Source: a virus (Duplodnaviria > Caudoviricetes). From it: a stretch of 64,000 nt of DNA. Each line of letters starts with the position of its first letter. Positions within the stretch are counted from its first letter, which is position 1. Positions 22,301 through 30,731 of the stretch are shown here, piece by piece. The notes under the pieces were generated by a model, which made no database searches, was not told the DNA's origin, and worked only from the letters and a program-made list of their open reading frames with translations. The stretch lies in IMG/VR virus record IMGVR_UViG_3300032265_002598, positions 96,001-160,000 of that record; one strand, written 5' to 3'. A program made the position numbers and the translations under genes.

Positions 22301-24194
22301 TAATCAACAAATATATTTTAATACTCATTTTTATACTTGCAGTCCGGAGTTTCTCGATGTTCAAGGAAGAAAAATTCCAGAGTCGCCATTTCCTGCTGGT
22401 GCTGGTGGTTGTGCTTATACAAGTAGTGCGGGGCCACCAGTTAGAAACTGCACCAATTGGGGAGTTGGCCTTGGTGTAGATGCTTTAGATTCAAATATAT
22501 ACACAGTCTTAAGTACTAAATCTAAAAAGGTAAAATTAGGAGGAATTGCAAGAGGAATTTTTGGTTTAACCAAACCATGTTTCATGGAAGGAGCAAGCAT
22601 TAATCTTACTAGAAATGGATATGGTGATATTGAAGATCGTATAGGAGGAGGGGCTATTGCTAGTCCAGGAGCTATAGGTAGTAAAATTACTTCTACAACT
22701 AGTCCATGTGGAACCTGTTATACATTAGATTATAAAGATCCATTAACTGGATATAATTATTATGATCCAATAAAGAAAAAATCAGTACCTCCATCTGATG
22801 GAAATCTTGAGGATAATTGTGAATGTGCAAATTGGGATTATGGCTATTGTAGAAATTCTAATAATTCTAGTTGTTTATGTAGTACTGATTCATATGATTA
22901 TGATGAATTTGATTATAATTTTGAATATTGTAGATATAATATTTCTTTAAAAGCACACAAAAGAAAAATAAAACAAAATTCTAATGCAACATCCTCTTCA
23001 GCAGCTAAACCCTGTCAAAACACAACTCCGGGTGGAACAATAGGTGGAGCTAGTGTTAATGTAGGAGAAGTACAAGAGGAATTTAGTTTCTTGGAGAGTT
23101 CTGCTGGAGCCCCAGCAATATGGTATATACATAACGCAGAAAGAGTTTTTACAAACCCTGCATATGATCCTCAATGTCCAGATGACCTATGTTCTATTGA
23201 GTATGATAATAATACATTAACTATTACTATGCCGAGTGGCCCTAGTTTATGTATTAATAATAGTATTAGAAATAATTGTCCAATTATAAATATTACTGTT
23301 CCAAATAATACTTATACAGTATCTGATTCTATAAGTAGCAGTTGTGATAATTGCGGAGTTGAACCTAATAAAATTAGTATGGTTGATCAAAAACAAAATT
23401 GGGAAATTATTACTGAGACTAGAACATGTATATTAGGAACTATATTAAGTGCTGGAAATCCAAATGAAAATGGGCCTATAGAGATGGGTTGTCAAACAAT
23501 AGGTTGTGGATACTGTAACATATGTTGTACTGATCAATGTTGTAATGATGATTATACTAATTGTGGACAAGGATTAGCTCTTCAAGAAGCTCCAGACTCT
23601 TTTCCTTGGAGTGTTTGTATAACATATTCTGAACCAGTTGTTTGTATCGGTGGTAATAGTAAAGGTTCATTGGTTGGTGGTTGTGATATACCAATAGTAT
23701 ATCCTATTATAACATCTAATAATGCTGCAAATAATAGATATATAAAATTATGGAAAGATCAAATGAGCCAAAAAAGACTCAATACTGCTCCATGCTTTAA
23801 TAATAAAACGATAGATGTTAATGATATAGTAGAAGGTGTTGTTCCAGGATCTTGTAGCGATATTAATTTTACTACAGTTGTTTATAATGGTATGAAATAT
23901 AGAGCAACTATGGGAGATCCAGCAATCGGCTCAAATCCTGTAACATTCACAGTTGCTTCTTATACTTACCAGTATCGTAGACCAAAAACTATACAAGATA
24001 TTTTTAAAGGAGATGAATTAACAGCAAAATGTAATAATGTTGTAGCTTCATGTCCGTCAACAACCCCATTAAATATGACAGAAAGAATTAAAACACTAGA
24101 TTGCAACACTACTCCAACATGTTATGATAATAATATTCCAACATGCGATAATGATAATTATTGTTGTAGAACAGGAAAGACTTCAATATCATGA
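16356..24194 (+). CDS. Very large Cys-rich putative virion protein (2612 aa)
   Basis: Uninterrupted ORF. Cys clusters at the N-terminus (MSCC, CGYC, ICCTGSGSC) and densely in the last ~600 aa (CGYCNICCTDQCC, YCC). Confidence 0.55.
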   Translation: MSCCTLFNRSLFTEATLTGLSVEVDISSLKNLIPAFNSGTSGLWRPIIVSGNVSNHNYVDLLTQPQTTLRQAFDPFNCSSAITYAGDYNDLEKPIFGLDCGYCNPLEPIDTICCTGSGSCDNRMLKDDYLPKIPLLNQKYLNEFYDWKYYNQFPSVSNKPLGLEHFIKLSNLKNFTITSSNNQSNTSEAKMMIDWSLKERMGEIPYDKETSQYDNIDDHNKAYAKFLQVGKTCGNFILTNLEPDGSGYNPYYPIFSGLIGPTGQNIPWPNWRDVLPTPQEFSAIPYGFNNKTYDNIFVKHNKLGSHWKWNYTSGILGWYRYYQTGIVNDPRAISGVDLYISPGDVFYATNDGPEYSPYNGNRTTGTKFCPSGLKLIQNNSVVGIIPSGSKFTYISNNLYDRFYSIYTALDFINEEDNTRNSNVNLLSPIEIFELSALLCTSPEYDQITIDLLKRNLDQNYILNEYRQLSGFNSDMSASKIGSISKLDFVQTTGDLITALANKYGAYVWFPPQATTTLEFTKDIDAACYIDLDFDMAVKLSDTYAISFPGSNGMNDCSEPSFSKNFDYSQSLQLANLTLESRRDIRTRFDQTCNSGIINISKVAKMAGIYFNNNLIKEIVYSTGIEHFYNKYPKAELSRKYKATAANLRIDKAAFHNQGGVYYDSKIFGADNSTIFVNNVSLNFSNTPRAKIKFTTKDAGIKLYGLKIEKLRGSTSGTYECRAFPNKNSCGCFGLLTFPEYPYICNDSSVVFTNDPLRYTPGLSTANSPILKSYGGYSASYISGILGSQTIPNHPAVGTSLTAVNKKIDPEMPYGCEQSIQVSLPNYVYSSWSLSLPSYDTVHADIWAQVLENVDLFRTTLSWQNPDNPDGGFDSIPNPGYQRFASQVNINDNISVYDKQKKIVVQKGDGVTNIGVKITNPYLSAILENTHVLYPPNGNSCLASNTIGGDENILVPIKFSRIPRKQLINFAIPSTTGMGVLKRGFFHPNSGLTYKTNLNINGNNTIKNSPIDYSRQSPYISYDQELFNSGAPYNSGSILIGNFTDDVKNILSQINGFGSHKKPRLYLQLGNRWYEYNTDDTFGFKKDNTTYIGEPYLFKYSSQDSFEKVDGPIIPVSPKGHINFSFMYNFIPSGNKITHHSERKYPFLYTDFISNPNDIRTAKLNGIRLYFLLGENDTALITSYDSISLLTDDDQNKITATYPELVLANGERWKYRGNGAKNNPNSYALVDYNRLYTNFSDLHIDYEKRNRQGYIYDTKKKCNQTVKIYNKKNPSQNYDAKIIEKSLYHITVDKNKNKIVRKKNLINEYRNFYTEIKFDQDIRYAQCYIDFSLLGLDSSNQEGADSFFVYQNQPTLKGEIDSLLVNGNYSTKWSDIFNFDGKLTNDLSQYFHGSDYLNSIYPSSLYDNNFFKIIINNADYKIHRYNINLNNNSLFVTHSGLANYAIHQQYNIGLDILTNGSMEDYQNYLSFIDINIPQSGDNVKNDFRDKIQPYLQKMIDDNKIPLGSIKISGILANLGSTHTYDNDFISPTANLFWVNLKGGKLLESAFMINPGKTFYTNTLRVDSSPFQLSQINSATKVNSNGCYKVFYPSTPTNTQTFADNVLEFDHFKQVPYTGGIFSRLPVYCDTDNLPAGGCSSLACGMNTAGYVSYSGTYNIQVNKTKTLEESNDIPYILSYDGGFYNPIGNTGLKYIQRLELSPNNTLYPVSNCDINVSPRPINNRISVLNEEYQQLMGNSIVNDHTTLVQNTDILANEMFFRLIYGEKQKINLNTIDNVNDSISFKDLIKYNYPKIEAKDVYKNIPYDLDKLADTSNRKISGNLSIRGILKVGDSITAQIADKQIDISIVRQDGKIMSVATVDGKSVSGVIYTEFSTTNNLIVSNKILSGYTFLKACVELERRNLGFLHAFTSGKINGEKDCDGNQLVYPWWPIMDRTAWLAIAQIEKDAQAARNAGNNDLADLLSKSAQDKYKPYACPFPSDFNQQIYFNTHFYTCSPEFLDVQGRKIPESPFPAGAGGCAYTSSAGPPVRNCTNWGVGLGVDALDSNIYTVLSTKSKKVKLGGIARGIFGLTKPCFMEGASINLTRNGYGDIEDRIGGGAIASPGAIGSKITSTTSPCGTCYTLDYKDPLTGYNYYDPIKKKSVPPSDGNLEDNCECANWDYGYCRNSNNSSCLCSTDSYDYDEFDYNFEYCRYNISLKAHKRKIKQNSNATSSSAAKPCQNTTPGGTIGGASVNVGEVQEEFSFLESSAGAPAIWYIHNAERVFTNPAYDPQCPDDLCSIEYDNNTLTITMPSGPSLCINNSIRNNCPIINITVPNNTYTVSDSISSSCDNCGVEPNKISMVDQKQNWEIITETRTCILGTILSAGNPNENGPIEMGCQTIGCGYCNICCTDQCCNDDYTNCGQGLALQEAPDSFPWSVCITYSEPVVCIGGNSKGSLVGGCDIPIVYPIITSNNAANNRYIKLWKDQMSQKRLNTAPCFNNKTIDVNDIVEGVVPGSCSDINFTTVVYNGMKYRATMGDPAIGSNPVTFTVASYTYQYRRPKTIQDIFKGDELTAKCNNVVASCPSTTPLNMTERIKTLDCNTTPTCYDNNIPTCDNDNYCCRTGKTSIS

Positions 24195-24685
24195 ATAACA
24201 CAGCATATTGCGATTTAGAACTTCTAGATAGCACATTTAATAATAAACCACTTTATAAATGTAAATATTGTGATCTAACAGTTGCATTAGAAGATCCAGA
24301 AACTAAAATTATGTGTTTTAAAAAAATAGAAGATATAGCACATAAAATACATCAAAATCATACTGGTAATTTTGATTCAAAACCACCAATTCATATATCT
24401 GGTCAGCAAAACATTAAAGACGTGGTACTAGAAGAAACCAAAAAAGATGCAATAAAAAGAACTGCAAATTCTGGAACAGAAATATCTAGTAAGATGTGTT
24501 CAGAAAATGAGATAGCCGGAAGGCTAGCTATTTGTAATTCTTGCGAATACTTTAAAGAAAACTCTTGTTTATTATGTGGCTGTACGGTTATAAGAGAAGC
24601 AAATTATAAGAATAAATTAGCTTATAAAAATCAAAAATGTCCTGCTGATAAATGGGGACCTATTATTAGTTCCGAACCCTATTAA
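24191..24685 (+). CDS. Small Cys-rich metal-binding protein (DUF6171-like C-terminus)
   Basis: CKYC...C and RLAICNSCEYF...CLLCGC...KCPADKW motifs. ATGA overlap with the upstream gene. Confidence 0.6.
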   Translation: MNNTAYCDLELLDSTFNNKPLYKCKYCDLTVALEDPETKIMCFKKIEDIAHKIHQNHTGNFDSKPPIHISGQQNIKDVVLEETKKDAIKRTANSGTEISSKMCSENEIAGRLAICNSCEYFKENSCLLCGCTVIREANYKNKLAYKNQKCPADKWGPIISSEPY

Positions 24686-25655
24686 ATCTTGCAACTTCCT
24701 TCATAGCCATACCGTAAACACACTCAGTTTGTAAGACTTTTGTTTCTCCATCAACTTTAATTATTAGAGTAACCGATACAGATCGAGATCCAGACCAATT
24801 TCTAAAGTTATGAAGAGACACAACAAACTCCCCATAAGGGGAATGTCCAGTAGGCCAAAACACATTCTCTACAGGTTTATCTGTTAAATGATATCTATTG
24901 GCATTCATATCTACATCTAGCATTCCACCACAAACTCCATGTCTGTTAGTCCAAGAAATATATGAATTTTGACCGAATGACCTAAAATGCACATGAACAT
25001 CTATATCATCAACAGTATTCCAACCTATACTCACTTGAACATCTCCTGTCTTGGCTCCCGCAGCATTTAGCCTACGACCAATGTCAAGGGCTGCTCCAGT
25101 CTCTCCAAAGCCATTGTTTAATCCATTAGAACCTGAAGTGGGTATGTTTTTAATAAGCTCTCCCAGCACCCCGGTAGCTTCATTTTGATTATTAGATGAT
25201 CGATTTTGTGATGCGGGAGATTCCTCAACTAGTTGAGTAGATAAATTTTCTATTGATATATCAGAGATTAAATTTAAAAAAGAATTATCTCTTGGTTCTT
25301 CAAAAGGTTCTGGTAAAATTTCTTCTGTTAGAGTTTCTGTGGTGCTATTTGCAGCTATAGCCTCTTCTAATAGCTCACTTTCATCAGAACCAGAAGCAGA
25401 CACTTCGGCATCAAAGTTTATTTCTACTGGTTCATCTAAGGAGATTCCAGCAACTTCACTTTCAAATGATATTTCTAAACTAATCTTTTTAGGAAGACTA
25501 GCAGATATTGATAAAGAAAGAATCAATAATATAGAAGTATGCCATATTATACTATGAAACATACCAATTCTATATAAATAGTTTACTGTTCTATTTAAAG
25601 AGCTGGGATAATTGTCTAGCTCTTCTCGCCCTGATTCTTTTGCCATTTGTGCCAA
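24666..25655 (-). CDS. Membrane-anchored protein with YfaP/DUF2135-like C-terminal domain
   Basis: Hydrophobic N-terminal segment (HTSILLILSLSIS), acidic linker, then GDVQVSIGWNTVDDIDVHV and LDVDMN...VENVFW. The start codon is uncertain. Confidence 0.65.
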   Translation of the reverse strand: MAQMAKESGREELDNYPSSLNRTVNYLYRIGMFHSIIWHTSILLILSLSISASLPKKISLEISFESEVAGISLDEPVEINFDAEVSASGSDESELLEEAIAANSTTETLTEEILPEPFEEPRDNSFLNLISDISIENLSTQLVEESPASQNRSSNNQNEATGVLGELIKNIPTSGSNGLNNGFGETGAALDIGRRLNAAGAKTGDVQVSIGWNTVDDIDVHVHFRSFGQNSYISWTNRHGVCGGMLDVDMNANRYHLTDKPVENVFWPTGHSPYGEFVVSLHNFRNWSGSRSVSVTLIIKVDGETKVLQTECVYGMAMKEVARFNRVRN

Positions 25656-25948
25656 CCATTATTTGGTAACCAATTGTTTTCGTCATCTTTACGCTTGGGA
25701 AATAGGGTACCACCCTTTTTATGCTGACCGAAAGACAATACTGCCCCACAGTCCATACATCTTAGTTCATAATAATCGTTACCTTCGACATTACGAACTA
25801 TAAACTTAAGATTAGTACTCTTACACAGCCCGCACTTATCTTCTGAAAAGATTTCCTGAATTAAGGCTAATTCCTTAAAAATTTCCTTTTGTCCAGCAGC
25901 TTCTAATTCAAAAGATAGTTTGTCATTGGCCGTATAAGTTACTTTCAT
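25616..25948 (-). CDS. Zinc-ribbon hypothetical protein
   Basis: CGLC and CMDC pairs in a 110-aa ORF within the - strand gene run. Confidence 0.6.
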   Translation of the reverse strand: MKVTYTANDKLSFELEAAGQKEIFKELALIQEIFSEDKCGLCKSTNLKFIVRNVEGNDYYELRCMDCGAVLSFGQHKKGGTLFPKRKDDENNWLPNNGWHKWQKNQGEKS

Positions 25949-25952
25949 AATA

Positions 25953-26681
25953 TCACTTCCAGTTTGGTAAGTACCCCGTTAATTCTTCTGTAATTTTACT
26001 CATATCTTGCTGATACGAAGTCAAGTGCTTGATCACACCAACTGCGTCCTCATGTGAGATATTATATATGTTCTCTTCAGCAATTGCAAGTGATTTTATT
26101 AAATTACTCACATTAACATTTAGTCTTTGAGCAATTACATCTATAAAATTAATTTGATTAACACTAATCTTAGATACTGAATTTTCATCTGGATGATCCT
26201 CAATATCTTTTGCAATTTCTTCAGCAGCAACAACTTTTCTTAGTTTCAGACCTCTTCTTAATGCACGACCTTCTGCTCTCGTTTCTGCAACAGCAGTGGG
26301 GTGGTTGCGATAGATCTTATCACAGTTGCCCCAATAAACGTCAGCAGCACCCGTAACAGCCCGATATTTAACTTCGTCTAGTGATGAGGAATCACCTTTT
26401 AATACATAACGAATAGTATGGGTAGCAGTTGCTCTTTTTTCATTTTCTGGGCTGGGAGCTTGAACAATTTCTGTAATAGCTTCAATAACATCACAATTTA
26501 AAGCTACTTCAAATATTCTCCTTAAACCATCAGTAGTAGGATTGCCAGAAATTTTTTCATCATCTGACAATAATCCTAATACATAGTCTGTCCATCCTAG
26601 ATCATTAGGTGTAACTTTTGCTGGTATTGATTCTGTTGATTCCACAACTACTTCTGCAACTTTCTTTTCCTTAACCATCAT
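25953..26681 (-). CDS. Hypothetical protein, possibly single-strand annealing / recombination protein
   Basis: AVAETRAEGRALRRGL segment resembles Rad52/Sak-like annealing proteins. The resemblance is weak. Confidence 0.35.
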   Translation of the reverse strand: MMVKEKKVAEVVVESTESIPAKVTPNDLGWTDYVLGLLSDDEKISGNPTTDGLRRIFEVALNCDVIEAITEIVQAPSPENEKRATATHTIRYVLKGDSSSLDEVKYRAVTGAADVYWGNCDKIYRNHPTAVAETRAEGRALRRGLKLRKVVAAEEIAKDIEDHPDENSVSKISVNQINFIDVIAQRLNVNVSNLIKSLAIAEENIYNISHEDAVGVIKHLTSYQQDMSKITEELTGYLPNWK

Positions 26682-27469
26682 TCATCCTCTATTTCTAATA
26701 CGGTTCCTAAATTATATTTTTTGTTTTTAAGACAATCTATTAGTCTAGAATAAATCAAATTTGCTCTAGCTGTAGAAAAGTCTTTTTGTTGTTTAACCCT
26801 AATTAATCCTAATCCCTTACCTATAAGAAGACCATTCTTCTTTTCATCATATTTCTGATTTTTCTTAAATGTTTCTTCTCCCCATATGGGAGAAAAATGA
26901 GATGGACCATCAACCTCAATCGCTAAGTTCATTGTAGGCAGAAAGAGGTCCACTTGCAACTTGGTATTTGATAACATTTGCTCTTTATGGAATTCTACAA
27001 CATAACCATCAGCTAGCAACTTTTCCAAAAGAAACTTTTCTAATTTAGATCCTGTTTTACTACTTAGTCTAGCTGCTGTATTTGCAGACTTAACAATATT
27101 AGCTTTTTCTTCTGAGCTTAAATTATTCCAATTCGCCCGACTTTTCTCTTTTCTTTGGTCTAGTTCATCCTTGCTTAGATTGTTCCAAGAATCCATAACC
27201 CCCATACCAATCTTCTCTTTGGTCTCTGTGCTTCTTTCAGATCCTTTAGTTGGGTGTTTATGTTTACCACTACTTAAAGCATTCTTTTGTGCCTGACTTT
27301 TATCTCTGATAGGAATTTCAAACTTTTTAGCATCTCTTCTTATTTGATTGGCATATGTATTATATTTTAAAGCAATATCTTGAAAGCTTAACTTTTCTAG
27401 TACATAGTATTTATTCAAAATATCTTTTTTAGCAGAGTCAGATAGTTGTTTGTACTTTATCGATGACAT
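26678..27469 (-). CDS. NUMOD3-like repeat plus DUF559/Vsr-type endonuclease (free-standing homing-endonuclease-like)
   Basis: RSTETKEKIG NUMOD3-like motif, with C-terminal VDLFLP..LAIEVDGPSH PD-(D/E)xK core. Confidence 0.7.
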   Translation of the reverse strand: MSSIKYKQLSDSAKKDILNKYYVLEKLSFQDIALKYNTYANQIRRDAKKFEIPIRDKSQAQKNALSSGKHKHPTKGSERSTETKEKIGMGVMDSWNNLSKDELDQRKEKSRANWNNLSSEEKANIVKSANTAARLSSKTGSKLEKFLLEKLLADGYVVEFHKEQMLSNTKLQVDLFLPTMNLAIEVDGPSHFSPIWGEETFKKNQKYDEKKNGLLIGKGLGLIRVKQQKDFSTARANLIYSRLIDCLKNKKYNLGTVLEIEDE

Positions 27470-27917
27470 TTTTAATTTCCTTACTGTCTATTTTTTTAAT
27501 TAAACTGAGTGGTGTTTTCCAACAAATCTTGCATAATTCATATGTATCAATACTATCTGTGATTATTTCCATATTATCCTTCATATACATATTATACCAA
27601 AAACCATATGGAAGAGAAGAATTTTTATTCCATTCAACTTCCGTCATATACAAAATTTGTTTTTTTGGAACAGGAAATGTTTGTGTTAGCATTGCGCTCT
27701 TGGTATCAAAGACAAATAATATCCCATCAAAATATTTAGCTTGCTGTATATGTAAAGTATAATATTTATTGTTCATATTAATTCTATTATATTGATCATT
27801 AAACAATACAATATTGTCATATGGACATGACTTACATAAATCATTTAACGCTGTAAGAATATTATTTTGTGCTGGTACGTTTGGTAAAATATCTAGTAAA
27901 TAAAAGCCTATGTCCAT
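27438..27917 (-). CDS. Hypothetical protein in glycosylation cluster (GT-B N-terminal-like fragment)
   Basis: 159-aa ORF coupled to its neighbours. Rossmann-like pattern only. Confidence 0.4.
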   Translation of the reverse strand: MDIGFYLLDILPNVPAQNNILTALNDLCKSCPYDNIVLFNDQYNRINMNNKYYTLHIQQAKYFDGILFVFDTKSAMLTQTFPVPKKQILYMTEVEWNKNSSLPYGFWYNMYMKDNMEIITDSIDTYELCKICWKTPLSLIKKIDSKEIKNVIDKVQTTI

Positions 27918-27919
27918 AA

Positions 27920-28702
27920 TTAACCCTCAAGAATTGTTGGTAAGAATTGATTTTGAATATAATATTTAAATGATGAAGTGTCTAAATCATATTGTGTATT
28001 TTTCAAAATCTTATTAGCTATATTAGAAGAAATATCATTTTCTATTTCAATATTATCTATTCCACAAACTTGTGCTTCAATAGAATATTTATCATCTAAA
28101 TCTATTAGACACATATAGGTATTAAGTATTAAACAAGCATCATATTGGTTTAGCATTCCTACATTTTGTGCAGGATTGAATGTTGGTGAATTAAATAATA
28201 CAAGTTTTTCATTACTATAAGGATACAACATGGGTCCTATTATGTCAATATTTTTTTGATTATTTTCTGATAACATTACAGCAATTTTATCATTCCTCGG
28301 TTTATTAGGATCTATTCTATAAAAAATATTGCTATCATACAATTTAGAATAGAGAAGAGGATTTTCTAAAACCGTAATTAGACATTGTTTTTTACCAGCT
28401 AGTATAATTTTATTTATATTCCAATATTCAATCAATTGTTCATCTGGGATATTAACATTAACAAAAATTATTATTTTACAGGATTTATTATGTTCATTAA
28501 TGAAGTCATGAAATTCTTGAGTATATTCATTTGCTGGTAAAATTACTATATTTGGCTTATGAGCATAAAATAATTCAAATAAATTACCATGAACACTAAG
28601 AGCTATAATTTCATTATCATCTGAGATGATAGGGTTTAAATTTTGAATGAAAGAGATATATTCATTTTCTTTTGCCACATGTATTAAAATTTTGTTTTTC
28701 AT
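27920..28702 (-). CDS. Hypothetical protein, degenerate glycosyltransferase-like
   Basis: 260 aa. YSIEAQVCG resembles a degenerate GT4 ExxxxG motif. Cluster context. Confidence 0.4.
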   Translation of the reverse strand: MKNKILIHVAKENEYISFIQNLNPIISDDNEIIALSVHGNLFELFYAHKPNIVILPANEYTQEFHDFINEHNKSCKIIIFVNVNIPDEQLIEYWNINKIILAGKKQCLITVLENPLLYSKLYDSNIFYRIDPNKPRNDKIAVMLSENNQKNIDIIGPMLYPYSNEKLVLFNSPTFNPAQNVGMLNQYDACLILNTYMCLIDLDDKYSIEAQVCGIDNIEIENDISSNIANKILKNTQYDLDTSSFKYYIQNQFLPTILEG

Positions 28703-28705
28703 TAT

Positions 28706-29398
28706 TTAATCTTTAATTTTATGTTTATCTTTCATTCCTATTATATTGATAACTGAATCATTGTTTACAATAACTTGTTCGTATTTAGCATCATTACTGA
28801 TAGACTTATTTATTATTTCAAATAAAAACATATTATCATAATAAGATGCAATATTATTTTTTATCAAAGAAATATCTTCATTACAAATATAAACACTATC
28901 ACACCAAGCATAATCTCCAATATCATAAAAAATGTAATCTACTTGTCCTTTATTATCTGTCCTAGCTCCTAAAAACTTTGTATTTTGTTGAGATTTTTTG
29001 ATCGACTTGGAAAGGATCCATGATTTTTTTGTAGAAAGATTTTTGTGTGGTGATAAGTTTCTAATTAGCGTACCACTATTGATAATAAAAATTCCGTCAT
29101 AGCTGTCTAGTTCATAGTTAGCTAAAATGAGTTTTAATGCATATCCTTGGTTCTTAGTATCAAATTCATCATTACTTATTGTTTTGATATCTGTGGGTAT
29201 TTTTTTATGGAGTTTCTCTCCCCCAAATCCAGAAATAATAGATATATCTGTTTTTGGGAAAAGATTTTTTAAATTATTAATTTGACACAAAATTAATTCT
29301 CTATTGAATCCACTAGATTTTAAAAGTCCAATTGGTCCAAAAGATTTCATTCCTTTTGTTATCTCATAAGATAAAATAAAACATGCTATTCTGTTCAT
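28706..29398 (-). CDS. Sugar-phosphate nucleotidyltransferase-like protein (degenerate)
   Basis: ILSYEITKGMKSFGPIGLL at the position of the LAAGxGxRM..PKxL motif, followed by IISGF and FIINSG (GT-A/NTP-transferase layout). Confidence 0.5.
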   Translation of the reverse strand: MNRIACFILSYEITKGMKSFGPIGLLKSSGFNRELILCQINNLKNLFPKTDISIISGFGGEKLHKKIPTDIKTISNDEFDTKNQGYALKLILANYELDSYDGIFIINSGTLIRNLSPHKNLSTKKSWILSKSIKKSQQNTKFLGARTDNKGQVDYIFYDIGDYAWCDSVYICNEDISLIKNNIASYYDNMFLFEIINKSISNDAKYEQVIVNNDSVINIIGMKDKHKIKD

Positions 29399-29811
29399 TT
29401 ACTTTTTTCAATTACTGCAATAGAATAAACGTCCTCATGGATATGTTTTAATAGATTAAACCCATTTAAACCAGACACAAATCCGAGAAAATCACTTTCC
29501 ATCCAGGATGATCTTAAATCATTAACCAGGGAAGAGAATCCTTCACTCGATAAACTACCGTTTTTAATTTTATGGGCTAGTGCATCTGGATTTAAAAACT
29601 TAACCGTTATAGAACCACCATGATTTAATTTTTTACATAGTTCCATAAAAATTTTATTTCTATTTTCTTGATCCACTTTATCAATAGTTGTAAAAACAAT
29701 ATTATTAACATAACCATTAGTAATCTGAAAAATATTCTCTATTCCTATATTAGAATATCCTGTAACAATATCTTTCTCTTTATCTACAACAATATTGATT
29801 TGATTAATCAT
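29395..29811 (-). CDS. Methyltransferase-like fragment protein
   Basis: CKKLNHGGSITVKFLN resembles the post-motif LKPGGxL of class I methyltransferases. The SAM motif is not clear. Confidence 0.35.
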   Translation of the reverse strand: MINQINIVVDKEKDIVTGYSNIGIENIFQITNGYVNNIVFTTIDKVDQENRNKIFMELCKKLNHGGSITVKFLNPDALAHKIKNGSLSSEGFSSLVNDLRSSWMESDFLGFVSGLNGFNLLKHIHEDVYSIAVIEKSK

Positions 29812-30731
29812 AGCGTAAATGCCTCTCTATTAGCTTTTTGTATTATATTACTCATAATGTTACTAAAATTATTAAAATCAAATTCTTTCAATATAATTTC
29901 TGAATTATTTTTTCTTTCTTCATCGTTTATATCAAGCATTTGGGATAATGCAGGAAAGATTTCTTCTATATTATTTATGAATGTCAATCCATTAATATTT
30001 AAATACTCTTCTGAGGTTGTAGGTGTTCTTATTGATAGTCCAGCACATCCTGATGCTATTCCACATAAAAGATTCAGAATATTATGTTCAGCTAGATCAA
30101 TACATACTTTATAGTTATTCATTGTAGAATTTATATCTTCTATAGGAATCCTACAAGAACTCATAATATCACAGGAATAATTTTTTTCAATTAATGCTGC
30201 TTGTATTTGTTGTGCATGTGGGGCATTTTCATAATTTAAAATTAGAACATCTTTTCTTTTTGTTATATTATTGACGTATTGAAAATTGCTGGGCACCCCA
30301 TATTTCAAAACTATACTATTATCTAATCTCCAAGAATTTTTTGCTGACTCTGAAAAAAATATTTTCACTTCTTTTTTGAGTCTTTGACTCATAAGAGCAG
30401 AATCTTCTTTTTTTACATTTTGTGGTTTGTGTGAATGTGTTAAAATAATTGTATTTAAATGAAATTGTTTAATGGTAGGATTACCAGTATAATTTAAAAG
30501 TCTGTTCGTTATACATAAATTATAATTGTATAGAGACAGATGATCATTCGGCAAATCAATCATATTATCAATTTTATAATGAATATTATTACTACCAAAT
30601 ATGTAGTATCTATGTTTATCTATAGCTGAGATGCAATGATCTATAATATTATTCTGTGGATAATAGACTATATTATAATTATTTTCTGTAATTTTTTGTA
30701 GTATGTTTCCAGTAACAAAACTCAAATACAT
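29808..30731 (-). CDS. Glycosyltransferase GT-B (GT4-like, degenerate)
   Basis: MNNYKVCIDL...LLCGIASGCA segment matches the GT4 C-terminal domain layout. Confidence 0.5.
   Translation of the reverse strand: MYLSFVTGNILQKITENNYNIVYYPQNNIIDHCISAIDKHRYYIFGSNNIHYKIDNMIDLPNDHLSLYNYNLCITNRLLNYTGNPTIKQFHLNTIILTHSHKPQNVKKEDSALMSQRLKKEVKIFFSESAKNSWRLDNSIVLKYGVPSNFQYVNNITKRKDVLILNYENAPHAQQIQAALIEKNYSCDIMSSCRIPIEDINSTMNNYKVCIDLAEHNILNLLCGIASGCAGLSIRTPTTSEEYLNINGLTFINNIEEIFPALSQMLDINDEERKNNSEIILKEFDFNNFSNIMSNIIQKANREAFTL

Noticed and set aside
16356-24194. EGF-type C-x-S-x-P/A-C acceptor sites for the GT90 enzyme in the Cys-rich proteins
   Set aside because: No exact match was noticed by eye, so a direct enzyme-substrate link is not supported.
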